From: Cenococcum geophilum
Taxonomy: Eukaryota
Direction: 5' to 3'
NCBI GenBank assembly: GCA_050273025.1
Contig: CP158636.1
Span: 1,984,001-2,048,000 of the forward strand
Length of the DNA stretch: 64,000 nt
Shown: positions 38,801 to 50,796 of the stretch, piece by piece
How positions within the stretch are numbered: position 1 is the first letter of the stretch
How the letters are laid out: each line of letters opens with the position of its first letter
Program-made: the position numbers and the translations under genes
The notes under the pieces: model-generated
Seen by the model: only the letters and a program-made list of their open reading frames with translations
Told to the model about the DNA's origin: nothing
Databases searched by the model: none

Positions 38801-41800
38801 TAAGGGACTTACTAAGGGTATTTTTGGGCAGGAGAGCTAAAGTCCTACTATAGAACTTAGAGTACGATTATATAATTAATCTAGAAGAAAGTAAATAACC
38901 GCCGAACCTTCCTATCTATAACCTCTCGCGTAAAGAGCTTAAGATCCTACGGGAGTACCTTAATAGGTTACTAGAAAAGGGGTAGATCCGGCCTAGTAAG
39001 TCACTGTTAGGTATATTAATCTTCTTTATCCCAAAACTAGATAGAACTATAAGGCTATATATAGACTATCGCGGTCTTAATAAGATTATAATTAAAAACC
39101 GTTACCCGCTACTACTAGTTAGTAAAATACTAGATCGACTATCTAGGGCGAAAATCTTCACAAAGTTAAATCTATAAGACGCCTATTATAGGCTCCATAT
39201 CAAAGAAGGGGATAAGTAGAAGACCACTTTTAAGACCTAATACGGCCACTTCGAGTATCTAATGATACCTTTTGGGCTAGCTAATACGCCTATAATATTC
39301 TAATCGTATATTTACAGAGCCTTAGGGGAACTAGTCGACCGCATATACGTCGTCTATTTAGATAACATCATAATCTACTTAGAAGATAAGGATTAACACA
39401 AGTAACACGTCCACGAAGTGCTAAAACGTTTAGATAATTAGGGCCTCTACGCTAAGGCGTTAAAGTATATCTTTAATACTAAGTAGGTCGAGTTCCTGGG
39501 GTACATTATAACGCCTATGGGTGTAGTTATGGACCTAGTAAGGGTGTAGACGATCCAGAAGTGGCCGGAGCTAAAGAGCTACTAGGATATTTAAGTATTT
39601 CTAGGCTTTGCCAATTTCTATAGACGCTTTATTTATAACTACTTGGACGTCGCTTAATACCTATCTAACTATATTGCGGAAGCTTCCTAAGACCTAACCT
39701 AAGGAATAAAAAGCTTAAAGGCGGTAAGAAAGAAAACTAAAAAGGGACTAACTAAATAGTATAAGCTATAGTTATAGCCTAGGAAGATTTAGGAGGCCTT
39801 TTAGGAACTTTATACGAAGTGTATAGAAGCTTTATTGCTACGGCATTTTAACCTAGATTAGCCATTAATAATAATTACTAATGTATTAAATTTTACCTTT
39901 ACTAGTATCCTACTATAACCTAATAGGCATCTAGACGCTACCTAGCTCTATTAGAGACCAGTAACATTTTATAATAGAAAATTCCAAGGACCTAAAGTTA
40001 GGTATTATACCCACAATAAGGAACTACTAGCTATAGTTAACTGCTTTAAATAGTGGCGATACTACCTTAAGCACGCGAGCTATATCACTCGTGTACTCTT
40101 AGATCACCATAATTTACGCTACTTTATAACTATAAAGGAGCTTATACCTCAATAAGCTAGATAGGTAGAGGAGCTCGCGCGATTTAATTTCGAGATTAAA
40201 TATAAGCCAGGGGAAAACAACCCTGCCAATAGACCGTCACGACGGCTAGACTATGCTAAAGGCTTTAAAACAGGAGAAGGAAAACAGATAATAGATATCT
40301 TACTCCCTATATTATAGAATAAGCTCTAAGTATAGGATGCTTAAGCACCCACAGCTCTATATACTAAGTCTTAGGCGGTATAAGCCCTATTGGTTTCTAC
40401 TAACGTTCCGGCTAGTACCCGGTCCATTACTAATAAGGGTCTGAATATACCTAAATAGGACATCCCTAATATATTCTCGGAACCTAGTAATATACTATCC
40501 CTAATTGCTAAGCTATCCCCTTAAGCCAATAGCGAAGCTATAGAGCAATCGGAACTCGGAGCCCTATAATAACTAAAGGACTTTAACCTCATAGCGGCCT
40601 TCCTAACGTACGCGTATTAAAGAGTTACAAGATCTATGGTACTATCTAGTTTTATACTTAGAGTAGTATAGGACAAAATAGCTTTCACCTAGGAACTATT
40701 TAAAAGGTTAATAGATCTTATCCATAAGGTATAACGGAGGGACGCTTTCTATGCCATCCTTAATACGGAAGTAAACCAGAAACGTAACGGAAAGGAAGCT
40801 GCTAGGCGCTACTATTAGGAACTAGACCCAATAGGCCTACTATATAAAGGTAACAAGGTTTAGGTGCTATAAGAAGTAAATCTACAACAGAAAATTCTTA
40901 TAAAGAATTACGATAATCCTCTAGGCGGCCACTATGGTCAAGCAAAGACAGTAGAATTACTTCAGCGCAAATACTATTGGCTAAGGCTTAATCGGGAAGT
41001 AAAGGAGTATATTAGCTATTACGAGAAGTGTTAAGTATATAAGATCTATAGGTATAAGCTATAGGGTCTACTTAAATCAGTTCCCCCCACCAGTAAGCCA
41101 TAGCAACATTACGCCATAGACTTTATTACGGATCTCCCGCCATCTAAAAATAGCCAAGGACGAACATACGATTTAGTCCTTATACTTATTAATAGGTTTT
41201 TAAAGTACATCTAATACCTTCTCGTTAATAAGACAATTAACGTATAAGAGCTCGCCAACCTAATTAAGGAGAAATGCTTTCTTAAAGTAGATTAGCTACA
41301 CTCCATTATTACTAATAGGGGCAGCGTCTTTATAAGCCAATACTGGTCGGACCTATGCTTCCATTTAAAGATAGACCACTAGTATAATACGGCTTTCTAC
41401 CTATAAATAGATAGGTAAATGGAACGCCAGAACTAGGAACTAGAGTCTTACCTACAGATATATTTAAACTATTAGCAAAATAACTAGTGCGAGCTACTTC
41501 TATACGCGGAGTACGCTTATAATTTAAAGCAATATATATCGCATAAGTATACACTAATCCAGATTGCCTATGGCGTTTAACTATTTAGGTTTAATAGTAT
41601 ACCTAATAATCACTGGCTAAGGCCGTATAATTAGTTATAGGATCCTACCGGGAAGTTCAAGGACATCTACTAGAGAGTATAAGGATATCTCTAAGAATAG
41701 AAGGAGTAATGGAAGCATGCGAAGCAGAGCCTATAAGATACCTAAAAGCAGTAGAGACTTTAGTATAACCGCAAGCACCAAAATAAGCATTTCGGAGTAG

Positions 41801-44800
41801 GCGATGAGGTTCTATTATGTTTAATAAATATTAAGACCCATTAACTATCAAAGAAGCTCAATATAAGATACCTAGGTCCCTTCTAAGTTAAGGAACGAAT
41901 TAGCAAGCTAGCCTATCGTCTCTAGCTACCCCCATCTATGGCCTGTATATATTTAGTGTTTTATATAAACCTACTAGAGCTATAGCATAGACTACTACTG
42001 GAAAAGAACTTCCGTCTAGACCCAATTAAACACCCTAAGGTAGTAGGCGAGTGGTATAAGGTTAAAGCTATACTACGCTATAAGTCTGTTAAGAACAAGC
42101 TTTAATTTAAAGTCAAATAGCTAGGCTAGCCCGCTAAGGACTCTATATAGAAACTAGAGGATTACCTCAATTATTATAAAGATATTCTAAAAGAATATTA
42201 GGACCAAGGTCTATAATCTACAAGTCGCAAAAAGCGCTCTAATACTACGGTGTCATCACGACCTAGGAAGAAAGCTCGCGAAAAGAGTAAATAGGTTAAA
42301 TTAGATATGGAACAGACAGGCTTTAGAAACTATAGGGATAGGGCTACAGCCTAAGGCAGGACAGGTCCTTAGCCTTTTTACGTATATAGTATAGAGTTAA
42401 TAGGGCATTTTGCTAGAATTATATTTCTATTCATTAATTTATACCAAAAACATTATTCCTAGGGCTTCTAAGCCCTTTTTAAAAGCCTTATAAGGCCTTC
42501 CTAAGCACCTAATTAAGGTCCTTAATTGCTACTATATACAAGAACGAATCCCAAAAGTCCAAACCACAAATGCCCAATCTGAAAAGCTACTACGCCTCAT
42601 CATTATCAGAAGTAGGATTAGTATCTATTAGGCCACTAAGTAATGGCTAACGAGAATGGGATCTAAATGCCTTAGTAGGTATATAAGTAGGCATAAAAAT
42701 AGGGGCAGGACGATAAGGTGTAGCTAGAGTAGAGACTCTTAAACGCTTAACACCAATATTAGGTCCAAACTAATACCAACGAAGCTCTTGCGGCGTAAGC
42801 TTATAGTTAATAAAGACACGCTTAAGCCCAGAATAAACAGAGACGTTAGCTAGCTAGCATAGTCTAGAACCACCAAGACCTTACTATAGCAACTATTAGT
42901 TACCTATCTACTAGGTACCTAAAGGGTAACTTACCTAATACCTTATTATATTATGCTCTTTTAAAACTTAACGCGTATACACAAACTCCTTCCTATAATA
43001 GACGGCAACCTTCTTCTCATCACCCCTATCCCTTACCCTATCCTCAGTATACTAACCTTACTCTTATATCAGGCGTTACTAGCTAGCTTACTAAGAATTA
43101 TAGGCAGTGTAAATGGCCGTAGTATAGTCTCAAATTTGGCCAAGTTATTTAGCATTTACACTAGAATAAGAGAGAGCCTAGGCAATGTAGTAGTTAAGGA
43201 CATTAAAGGAACATCGCCACTTAGGCCTAGGCTATTAAAGCTTAAAGTCAGCAATAGAAATCTATTAAAGATAGAAAAGCTCACCTTAACGCAACTGCCG
43301 CTCTTAGTATGTATGCATTAATTATAAAAACTAAAGGTATTAAATCTAACATAGTGCGTCTTATTATAAGTCTTTAGAATCCTATCATTAGATTTCTGGT
43401 TTTTCGAAGACGTATAGGTAAAATTATTTAGGTAGGACTAGCACCAGTTACAAGTCAGTGGAGGTTGGGGTTCTATATACAAAGGCAAGGCCAAAATATA
43501 CTATAGAATCTGCTTAGAAAAGCAGTTAGCAGGAGAACGAAGAGGTATATTAAATTATTAATAGAAAAGAAGAAAATCTTAATAATATATCAAAGATACG
43601 TCCAAAATTGGACGAAGGTTAATAATAGGAAAGTAAGGTGTTAAGGAAAAGGAGCAGCTCAATAAGCAAAGGTGTCCTTATACTTTACCGTCCAATACCC
43701 TTCCGGTAAATAGCCGCAACCTTGCCGATATAACTCCGTTATAATAGCGCTATTTAAAAGGAAGGAAACACGCGTATAAGTTATTTAACCATTACTTCCT
43801 TATAAAAACTAACTACGCGGCCAGGGGAAGGCAATTAAGACATCAAATCAAAGACGTATATAGGTTAAATTAGACCTAAAACAATACTATAGTATTAAAG
43901 AATAACGTTATAGACGTTCTTAACAAATCGCATAATAGCTACAATTGCTATCGCGAAATGTCCCTATTTGCTAGGCAGTAGAGCTACGCCAAATATACAG
44001 CATAGGACTACTAGATTTAAAAGTATATACACTAAATCTTAAGAGACAAGTCTCTTTAACTAACTAATTAATACCTTAACCGCATCTAATAGCCTAAGGG
44101 CAAATGCGGGAGTAATATGTTAGTGATGTAGAGGATTATAAGAAAAGGATTATAAGAAAGAATTATAGACTATATCTTAGCAGTTAAAGATAACGGCAAG
44201 CCAAGGCTCTATACGTTAAATCCTATACTAAAAGGTTTTACGGAACTATACTAAAACACCAAATTACCTATAATACTTGTAATTAATTATAGATTGGCAT
44301 AAAGGCTTAAAAGCAGAGTTATATAAAAATCCCTATATTAGCCTAGGTAGTTACCGGTATACTTCCGGTAGGCTTCTAATAGGTCTTCTAACAATTCTTA
44401 TATCTTTTCTCTAGTTATGTTTTTTCCTTATTAAGGTTTTTTAGGAATTTAAAGCAGGGGTTAGATAGATAGATAATATATAGCGGTATACCAACACTTC
44501 TCTAATATCCCTCCGAACCTCTTCCGGGACGAGCCCTTATAATCTCCTTACTGCAAGGTAATGGCGATTAGGGGCCAACTGTAAGAAGGGGGGGGGCAAT
44601 ATAAGGGATATTATTGCGGACACCTTAGGTTGCCCTTAGGACAACCCCCGGACGCCCCTTAGATAATTGCCGGTCACATACTAGAGGCACGTGCCCGTAG
44701 TATATAGTCTCTACAATTCTAGAGGCCTTACCTCCTTAAGGATTCGTCTCTCTTACCAATCTATCCTATTCCACAATCGTGTCCTTATAGCCCCCTGTCT

Positions 44801-44816
44801 ATAAGATCCCCTTATA
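35890..44816 (+). mobile_element. Ty3/Gypsy chromovirus family A, full-length, RIP-mutated (gag ~36300-37830, pol to ~42294, long 3' region)
   Basis: 217-bp LTRs at 35890-36106 and 44600-44816, TSD TTAAT, PPT AAGAAGGGGGGGGG. VYLDDI ~39352, HDDPLGGHYG ~40910, GPF 41875, chromodomain ~42052-42200. Confidence 0.95.
42480..43682 (-). pseudogene. Antisense spliced accessory gene in the Gypsy A 3' region with a six-Cys (Zn-cluster-like) motif; ends approximate
   Basis: Minus strand de-RIP CNWCQSH...THCVR.....CDRCMHTKSGSCVK is followed by an intron GTGAGC...GCTGAC...TAG (43284-43232). An upstream GCTAAC...AG acceptor lies near 43510. Confidence 0.55.
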
Positions 44817-45689
44817 TTAATATCGAGTATATTAAGTTCCTTAACTAAATAGCTATTAGATATATTTAGAGGTATAAATAAAGGTATTATAAATAATAGT
44901 ATGCTAATAAATAGTAGATAAAATAATAATAGTAAAGCTTATAGTGCGGTGCTATAAGGTAGAAGGTTAGTAGATAAAGAGGTGTGGAGGTTAATTAAAG
45001 GTAAATATCCACGCTGCCGATTTTATTAAATTAGCTCGCTAACGAATAATCGCTGCTATAACTTACCTTAGTAAATATTAACCACCTTATATATGCTTAT
45101 TTGTAATACGCAAATCCTTTATAGTTAAGTTACTATTAATTAAAGTAAGTAGGCGCCATCTAGTTAACTTGCGAAGTAATATTAATATAAAATTACCGCT
45201 TAATTAAGGTGCTGGAAAAGGGTTATAAGCGGATATTAAGTTTACTTAGTAAGCAGATTTCTTATTTTTAAAGTGCGTTAATATATCCTTTTGTTTTCTC
45301 TTACTATAAGGCGGATTTAATATTAGCTAAGAGGCTTAAGGTATAGTAGCCTAAGAAGAATAGATAATATCTAGTTAAGAGGATTATAAAATACTTAGAC
45401 TAAATAGCTAATATAATATAGATTCTGCGGGTTATAGGAGCTTTAAATATAAACATTAGTATCTCTCTAAATAAGAATCTAATAGACTATTTAAATACGT
45501 ATATAGAGATTAACGCTTAATACTTTGATATTAATTAGAGCTCTACCCTAGTCTTAGTTAAGTTAACAAACGAGTAAAATACTAAGAAATATTAAATACT
45601 AACCTAATAAAGCTGTGTTATATCTAAAACTAAGGGCGGAGATAAAGTACTAGGCTATAGGTTCTAAGCTACGCTTAGTTTAAAGAGCG

Positions 45690-46230
45690 GAGATTAAATA
45701 TTAGGCTATAAATTCAAAGCCGAACCTAATTTAGAAGGTAGAGATTAAGTATTAGTACGCGAATTTTAAACTGCGCCTAGTTTAGAGGGTGGAGATTAAG
45801 TATTAGTCTATAAACCCTAAGCCTTAGAGTTTTCTAGGAGTGGAGATCTAATACTATATTGCGAATTCTAAATTTCTAGATTTCCTACTACCTAAGAATT
45901 GGTGCTACGCTATAAATCTTAAACTTTGGAAATTTTCGCAATTGGAGACCTAGTGCTATATTATAAATATTAAACCTTAGGCTTATCTAAAAGTTAAGAC
46001 TTGGTATTGTACTATAAGCTCTAATACTTAAACTGCCCTAAGGATTTAGATTTAATACTCCGCTATAAACTTTAATATCTAAATTACTTTAAGGGCTAAG
46101 ACTTAATACTACGCTATAAGCTCTAATATCTAGATTATTTTAAGGGTTAAGATATAAAGCTGCCTTATAAGCCATAATACGTAGCCTCCCCTAGAGACTG
46201 GTTTCTAATGCTATAGCATAGACTTAAATA
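45690..46230 (-). repeat. ~51-bp (17-codon) degenerate tandem repeats within the helicase-associated ORF
   Basis: De-RIP units PKVQYLQHSTRSPIAKI / SKVQDLQRSTNSQVVGN / PEIQNSQYSIRSPLPEN / SKAQGLQTNTQSPPSKL / GAVQNSRTNTQSPPSKL. Confidence 0.7.
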
Positions 46231-48036
46231 TCCTAGAGCTATAGGGACTTAATATCTATTATTATAGTATACACCCTAATATTTAAGAGGCCGATACTTA
46301 ATACTGGATAATGACTAACGCTAATTATTGCCCTAGGGCTATTAATACCCGGCCTAACGTTAAACCTAAGAGCGGGCCTAACTTTAAGATCCTAGATATC
46401 AGCCCTATGTTAAAAACTAGACCTAAGACTAATATCTATTATAGGGTTTTAGTATTTTAGCCTAGAGGTGTTCTGCTAGCTAGAGTTTAGGCTAGCTAGC
46501 TACGCGTCCTTACTAGATATAGGCTAAGAAAATAATAGTATCGGCAGCCCTATATATGGATTTTTAGCGGATATTAATTAAGGTAGCTAGGCTATCTATA
46601 TTTATAGACTTTAAGCTACTAATACCATACGCCTCTCCGCTACTCTAGACTATAGTAATATTCGCTCTACGCTATCTTTTAATTTGCTTACTAATACTAA
46701 TAGCTAGCTCTTTACCTAAGTTACCTTTTTTACCTTCTTTTAAATAAAGGTAATAAACCTATCTAGATTATTACTAAGCTAATTATAATTATAATTAAGT
46801 AGATTTTTCTTAAGCGCCTTATAGCTGGTTATATACTAGGCGCAGCTATAAAGAGTAGTAATTTGCTTATTAGATATAATATAGCTTAAGGTTAAATTTT
46901 AAACAGTATACTAATATTTCTTCTCTATCTAGTTATAGAACTAATTTTTTATGCTTATTGTAAAGGCCTTTTATTATATTTTCCTTAGAATCCCCTCTAT
47001 ATATAGCTTATAGATATTAAAATCTTTAAAAGCCTATAAAGTAGAATTATAGTTAAAGTAATAACCCTAGCTACTAGTAGACGGAGACTATTCCTTATAG
47101 CTTTCTAATATAATCTTTTATAAGTAGCCTATTTTCTTATTTATAAGAGCATATATATAATAGGAGAGAGCTGCTCTTTTCTTAGCTTTAGTCTTTAGGC
47201 GCTACACTAGCTTCTTTAGTAAAATATCTATAGGTAGGACTATAGATGTTCCACCTAGACTAAGCTCTTACCCTATATTAGATATGGATGTATTAAAATT
47301 AGTATTGCTATATATAGACACTCTTAAAGATATATTGCTAGTAAAATTAGCAGTACTATTCTCTTATAGCACCTATTACTTAATATAATATTCGTAGCTA
47401 AGTTAATTTAGCTAAGATTAAAAGGCTTTACTAGTATAACCGCAATTTTTAGCTAGCCTAGCAATATCCTTATATAGACCTTTATACTAATCCTTAAGTA
47501 GAAATATTGCCTTACCTTTTTAACTACTACTACTACTACAAGTACCGCGTCTAAGTTATTGCTATATTATGTTAATAAACTTATCTTTATATATGTAATA
47601 CTACGTAATATAGTTAATATTAGGAATATTAGCGCTATAGGTAAGCGAATTAGAGGAAAGTAGAATATAGATTTCCGAGTTAGGCTTTTTAAACTCCTTA
47701 TATAGTCTATCTTTATCTATAATAGCTAATAATATATAATAAAGCTAAATAGCTCTTTTAGCTTGCGCTTTTCAGTACCCGTAATATACTAACTATAAAT
47801 AAATTAAGTCTCTATAGAGTAATAATATGTCTTTTAAATTAAGAAAGATAATTATCTTTAGGATCTAGTAGGGAGTTAGCGTATATTGGATTCTCTACTT
47901 AGCGGATATAGCGGTATATACGCGGTCTATAATAAAGTATAAGCTCTTAAAAGACTTCTTACTTTCTTACTTAATATATTCTCTAATAATTAATAGATTT
48001 AGCTAGTTAAATAATATCTGTATAATATTAATATTA

Positions 48037-49039
48037 GTAGTAACTCTTTGATTAACGTCTGATACGGATCCTACTAGCCCACGCAGACTACTCCGCACAG
48101 GGGGGAAAACTTATGTATTTACAGGAAGAAAACCCCTGCAGTTGGGGGAGGAAAAACCCTATAAGCAGCCTCAGTAGGATAAAAAACCCCGATTTGCCAT
48201 ATTTACACGTAGCTGCGGCCCTACGGGCCTACAGCACGTCCTCCTCCTTAGATGTTTTAAACTCCTTAGGAACCACTGCTTCCCTCTCTAGCTTATCCAA
48301 AGCTAGGGTTTACTATGTCCTAGCTAGGCCTTACTAATCGATCGCCGTGTATTTGCCTCTCCCATATCTTAACTATCCCCTATATGCTATCTCTTATTAA
48401 CCATTGCTATATACGCCTTGCCTCCCCCCCCCTAAAGCTATTAAAGGCGTAAGGGGGATTTATCTATTTTAACTACCGTAATACCAAGCAGCGGGATATA
48501 TTATATTGGGTATCTTTTATACCTAGGCCCCAGCTAGGCCCTTTTAAAGGGTCACCACTCCGTTAAAAGAAGATAAGGAAAACCATGGGTCGCAATCTAG
48601 GCTGCCAGCAGTATTACGGCAGTAAAACGGCGAGTAACCGCATGCTCCGCGGGCGATCGCCCTAGGGGTTAGGAGGGGCCGTATATTTGCTTATTCGTTC
48701 GTTCGTTTGTGTGTTTACTCGTTCATTAATATAAGGTCGTTGATGCTTTTAATTGGGGGTTAGGGGATGTTATCGAGTACTGTCCATCCATGTTGGATCG
48801 TATAGGTGCCCTGGATAGGAGAACAGTAGTAGTCGTCGTACTGTAGAGGGCCAACAGTGGTGGTTTTCAAGATCTCACCATCCGAAAAAATTTTCACCAC
48901 CGCCCTTAACGCCCACAACCACCACCAGGTCCTGTCCGCACGCTGTGCGACGTCTCTGCGTTGGCTCTGGATCTGATCTTCAAAGACCCAGGTTCGTAGC
49001 CGTCACCACGTACAGGTGCAGAGTCCGATTTCGACGGCC
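48037..49039 (-). mobile_element. Non-coding, non-LTR (SINE-like) retroposon with an HDV-like ribozyme at its 5' end, copy 2
   Basis: 12-14-bp TSD (T[A/T])ATATTAATATTA on both sides. Minus-strand 3' end ...ATCAAAGAGTTACTAC. Homologous to 16911-17927. Confidence 0.85.
48954..49039 (-). ncRNA. HDV-like self-cleaving ribozyme (apparently intact)
   Basis: P1 GGCCGUC/GACGGCU (G-U at position 1), P2 CUCUGC/GCAGAG, P3 ACC/GGU, L3 UGUACGU, P1.1 GU/AC, P4 CUGGGUCU/AGAUCCAG, J4/2 agCCAAC containing the C-N-A-A catalytic strand. Confidence 0.85.
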
Positions 49040-50796
49040 TTATATTAATATTATTTTAAAAGCCTACTAACCCTTAAATAATCTTAAATATTATATTATT
49101 AAGCGTTACAGTATAAATAAACTAAGGCTTCCGCCCTAATAATAACCGTACTTTCTATAGCTATATATATAAACTCTAGAATAAATCCCCCTAATTAGCT
49201 CTATATATATAAAAAGTAGGGTTAGTAAGAGTTTTATAGAACCTTTTATTAACTAATAGCTTTAGTAATATTAAAATATAAGTATATACTCTAATATAGA
49301 TTTTCCGTAAAAAATATATAGATATTATCTTAGTGTATATATAAACCGGCTTTATTTTAGAAAGCTTCTTAATCTTTATCTTCCGCTCTATACTAATTGC
49401 ATTAAGTAGTAAAATAATAATTACTACTAAGGCCTAAAGAAGATATGGCATTGCTTATATTATTATACTCTTACCAAATAAGGATCTTATAATAAGTATT
49501 ACTTTTTTTTTTCTTAAATAGTAGCTATCTAAGAGCTTTAAGCTGCTTTGTATATCTGTAATAAAGATATAAAAAAGTAATAGCTTTATTAGCCTTACTT
49601 AGCTACTAGGCCTTACTCTCTTTATAAAGCGCAAAAAGCTAATTTTAAAGGTTCTATAACCGTTATTCTTTGTCCGTTTTATAATTTTTTTAAGTTTAAT
49701 TATCTAACACCTAATATAGCCGCGGCTGTTCTAGTACCTTATTTAACTTCTTCTCTTTTTAGCTAGTGGGCTTTAGTGCTAATATACAGTAGATTTATTT
49801 AGATATTTATAACTTAGTAGTAGGCGCGCGATAAGGTTTTAGTAGGTATTATACACTATAACATAGATGTTATATATCCGCTAGGCTATAATAGGTTCTT
49901 TAGGGTGGCTATTATAGATCTATATAGGTTTTATATATATTAGCTAGCGTTTAATAAAGTTATATATAGTTATAGGATTCTTAATAACGCGTTTTTTTTA
50001 TAAAGAAAATAATTATAATACCTAAAAATACCTAAGTAATAAAAATAATATATTCTAAAAGCCTAGGTTCTATTATATAATTAATTAACTTTAGGAAGTA
50101 ATATAAAATATTAGTGTTGAGTTATTTTAATCTCCGTAATCTCCGTAACGCGGATATTATTAGAACGCGTAAGAAACCTCAGAAATGTGGCTCAGTGGTT
50201 TTGCACAAACGTAGTTAGTCAGCTTGCGGACCGATTGAAAATCCGCACCAATGGAATCACGTCTGAGCTTGCTGAGGTAAACCCCGATTTCTGCACCTAT
50301 TTTTCCATAAGCATCGTCACGGAAGTTAACTCGGGTATTAACCTTATCTGCTTTAACTAGGTACCATTGTTCACCATAAACGGGCTCCTCGGAAGTGGTT
50401 CAACCTCCTCCCCGCCTATCTCCGTTGCAACTAATGTCTTAGCTGCAGGCCGCTCCTGTGTTGTAGAAAGTATTGCGGTCTATCTTCAGCTCGACGAGGC
50501 TGATGCGTGAAGTCCTCTCTGCCCAGGCTGTGGAAATACGTTTAGTCAAGACCCGCGTTTCATCTTCCCCGCGCTGTTAGGGTATGCACCAGTGTGTAAA
50601 TTCGCCACAACCTTTGTGCAGTTTGCCTGCTTGTGGTGGCAACTTCTAGTGCCGAATAGCTTTCATTACCGTTTCATATCACTCATAACCATGCTTACGC
50701 AGCTCGACCGTTCCGCATTTGCGCTAGCTTCTCTTTGCTCTATAATCTCTACACCTAGGGGACTTACGAGTATGTAACTAGCAAAATAAAGTCTCT

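Larger units (their letters stand above)
44990..50100 (-). pseudogene. RIP-inactivated RecQ-like (SF2) helicase gene with a repeat-rich C-terminal extension (AcademH-like or telomere-linked-helicase-like)
   Basis: De-RIP motifs: LIARSSFGKS (motif I, ~49470-49495), VIIILPLNAI (Ia), THILISPE, WFICTATL (III), ILLSSDSLAHGADIPDI (V), WQRLGRGAR (VI, ~47540-47565). Interrupted by the 48037-49039 insertion. Gene ends are approximate. Confidence 0.7.

Noticed and set aside
11344..48337. Short ORF-track ORFs within the AT-rich region (e.g. 11344, 24817, 28471, 33955, 33977, 36189, 41330, 43136, 48113)
   Set aside because: These are chance open frames, mostly antisense to RIP-mutated TE genes or inside LTR/non-coding elements, with no protein motifs.
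48037..49039. tRNA- or 5S-derived SINE head, or a solo LTR
   Set aside because: I found no cloverleaf or convincing A/B boxes and no TG...CA ends. The TSD is 12-15 bp rather than 5 bp, and the 5' end fits an HDV fold instead.
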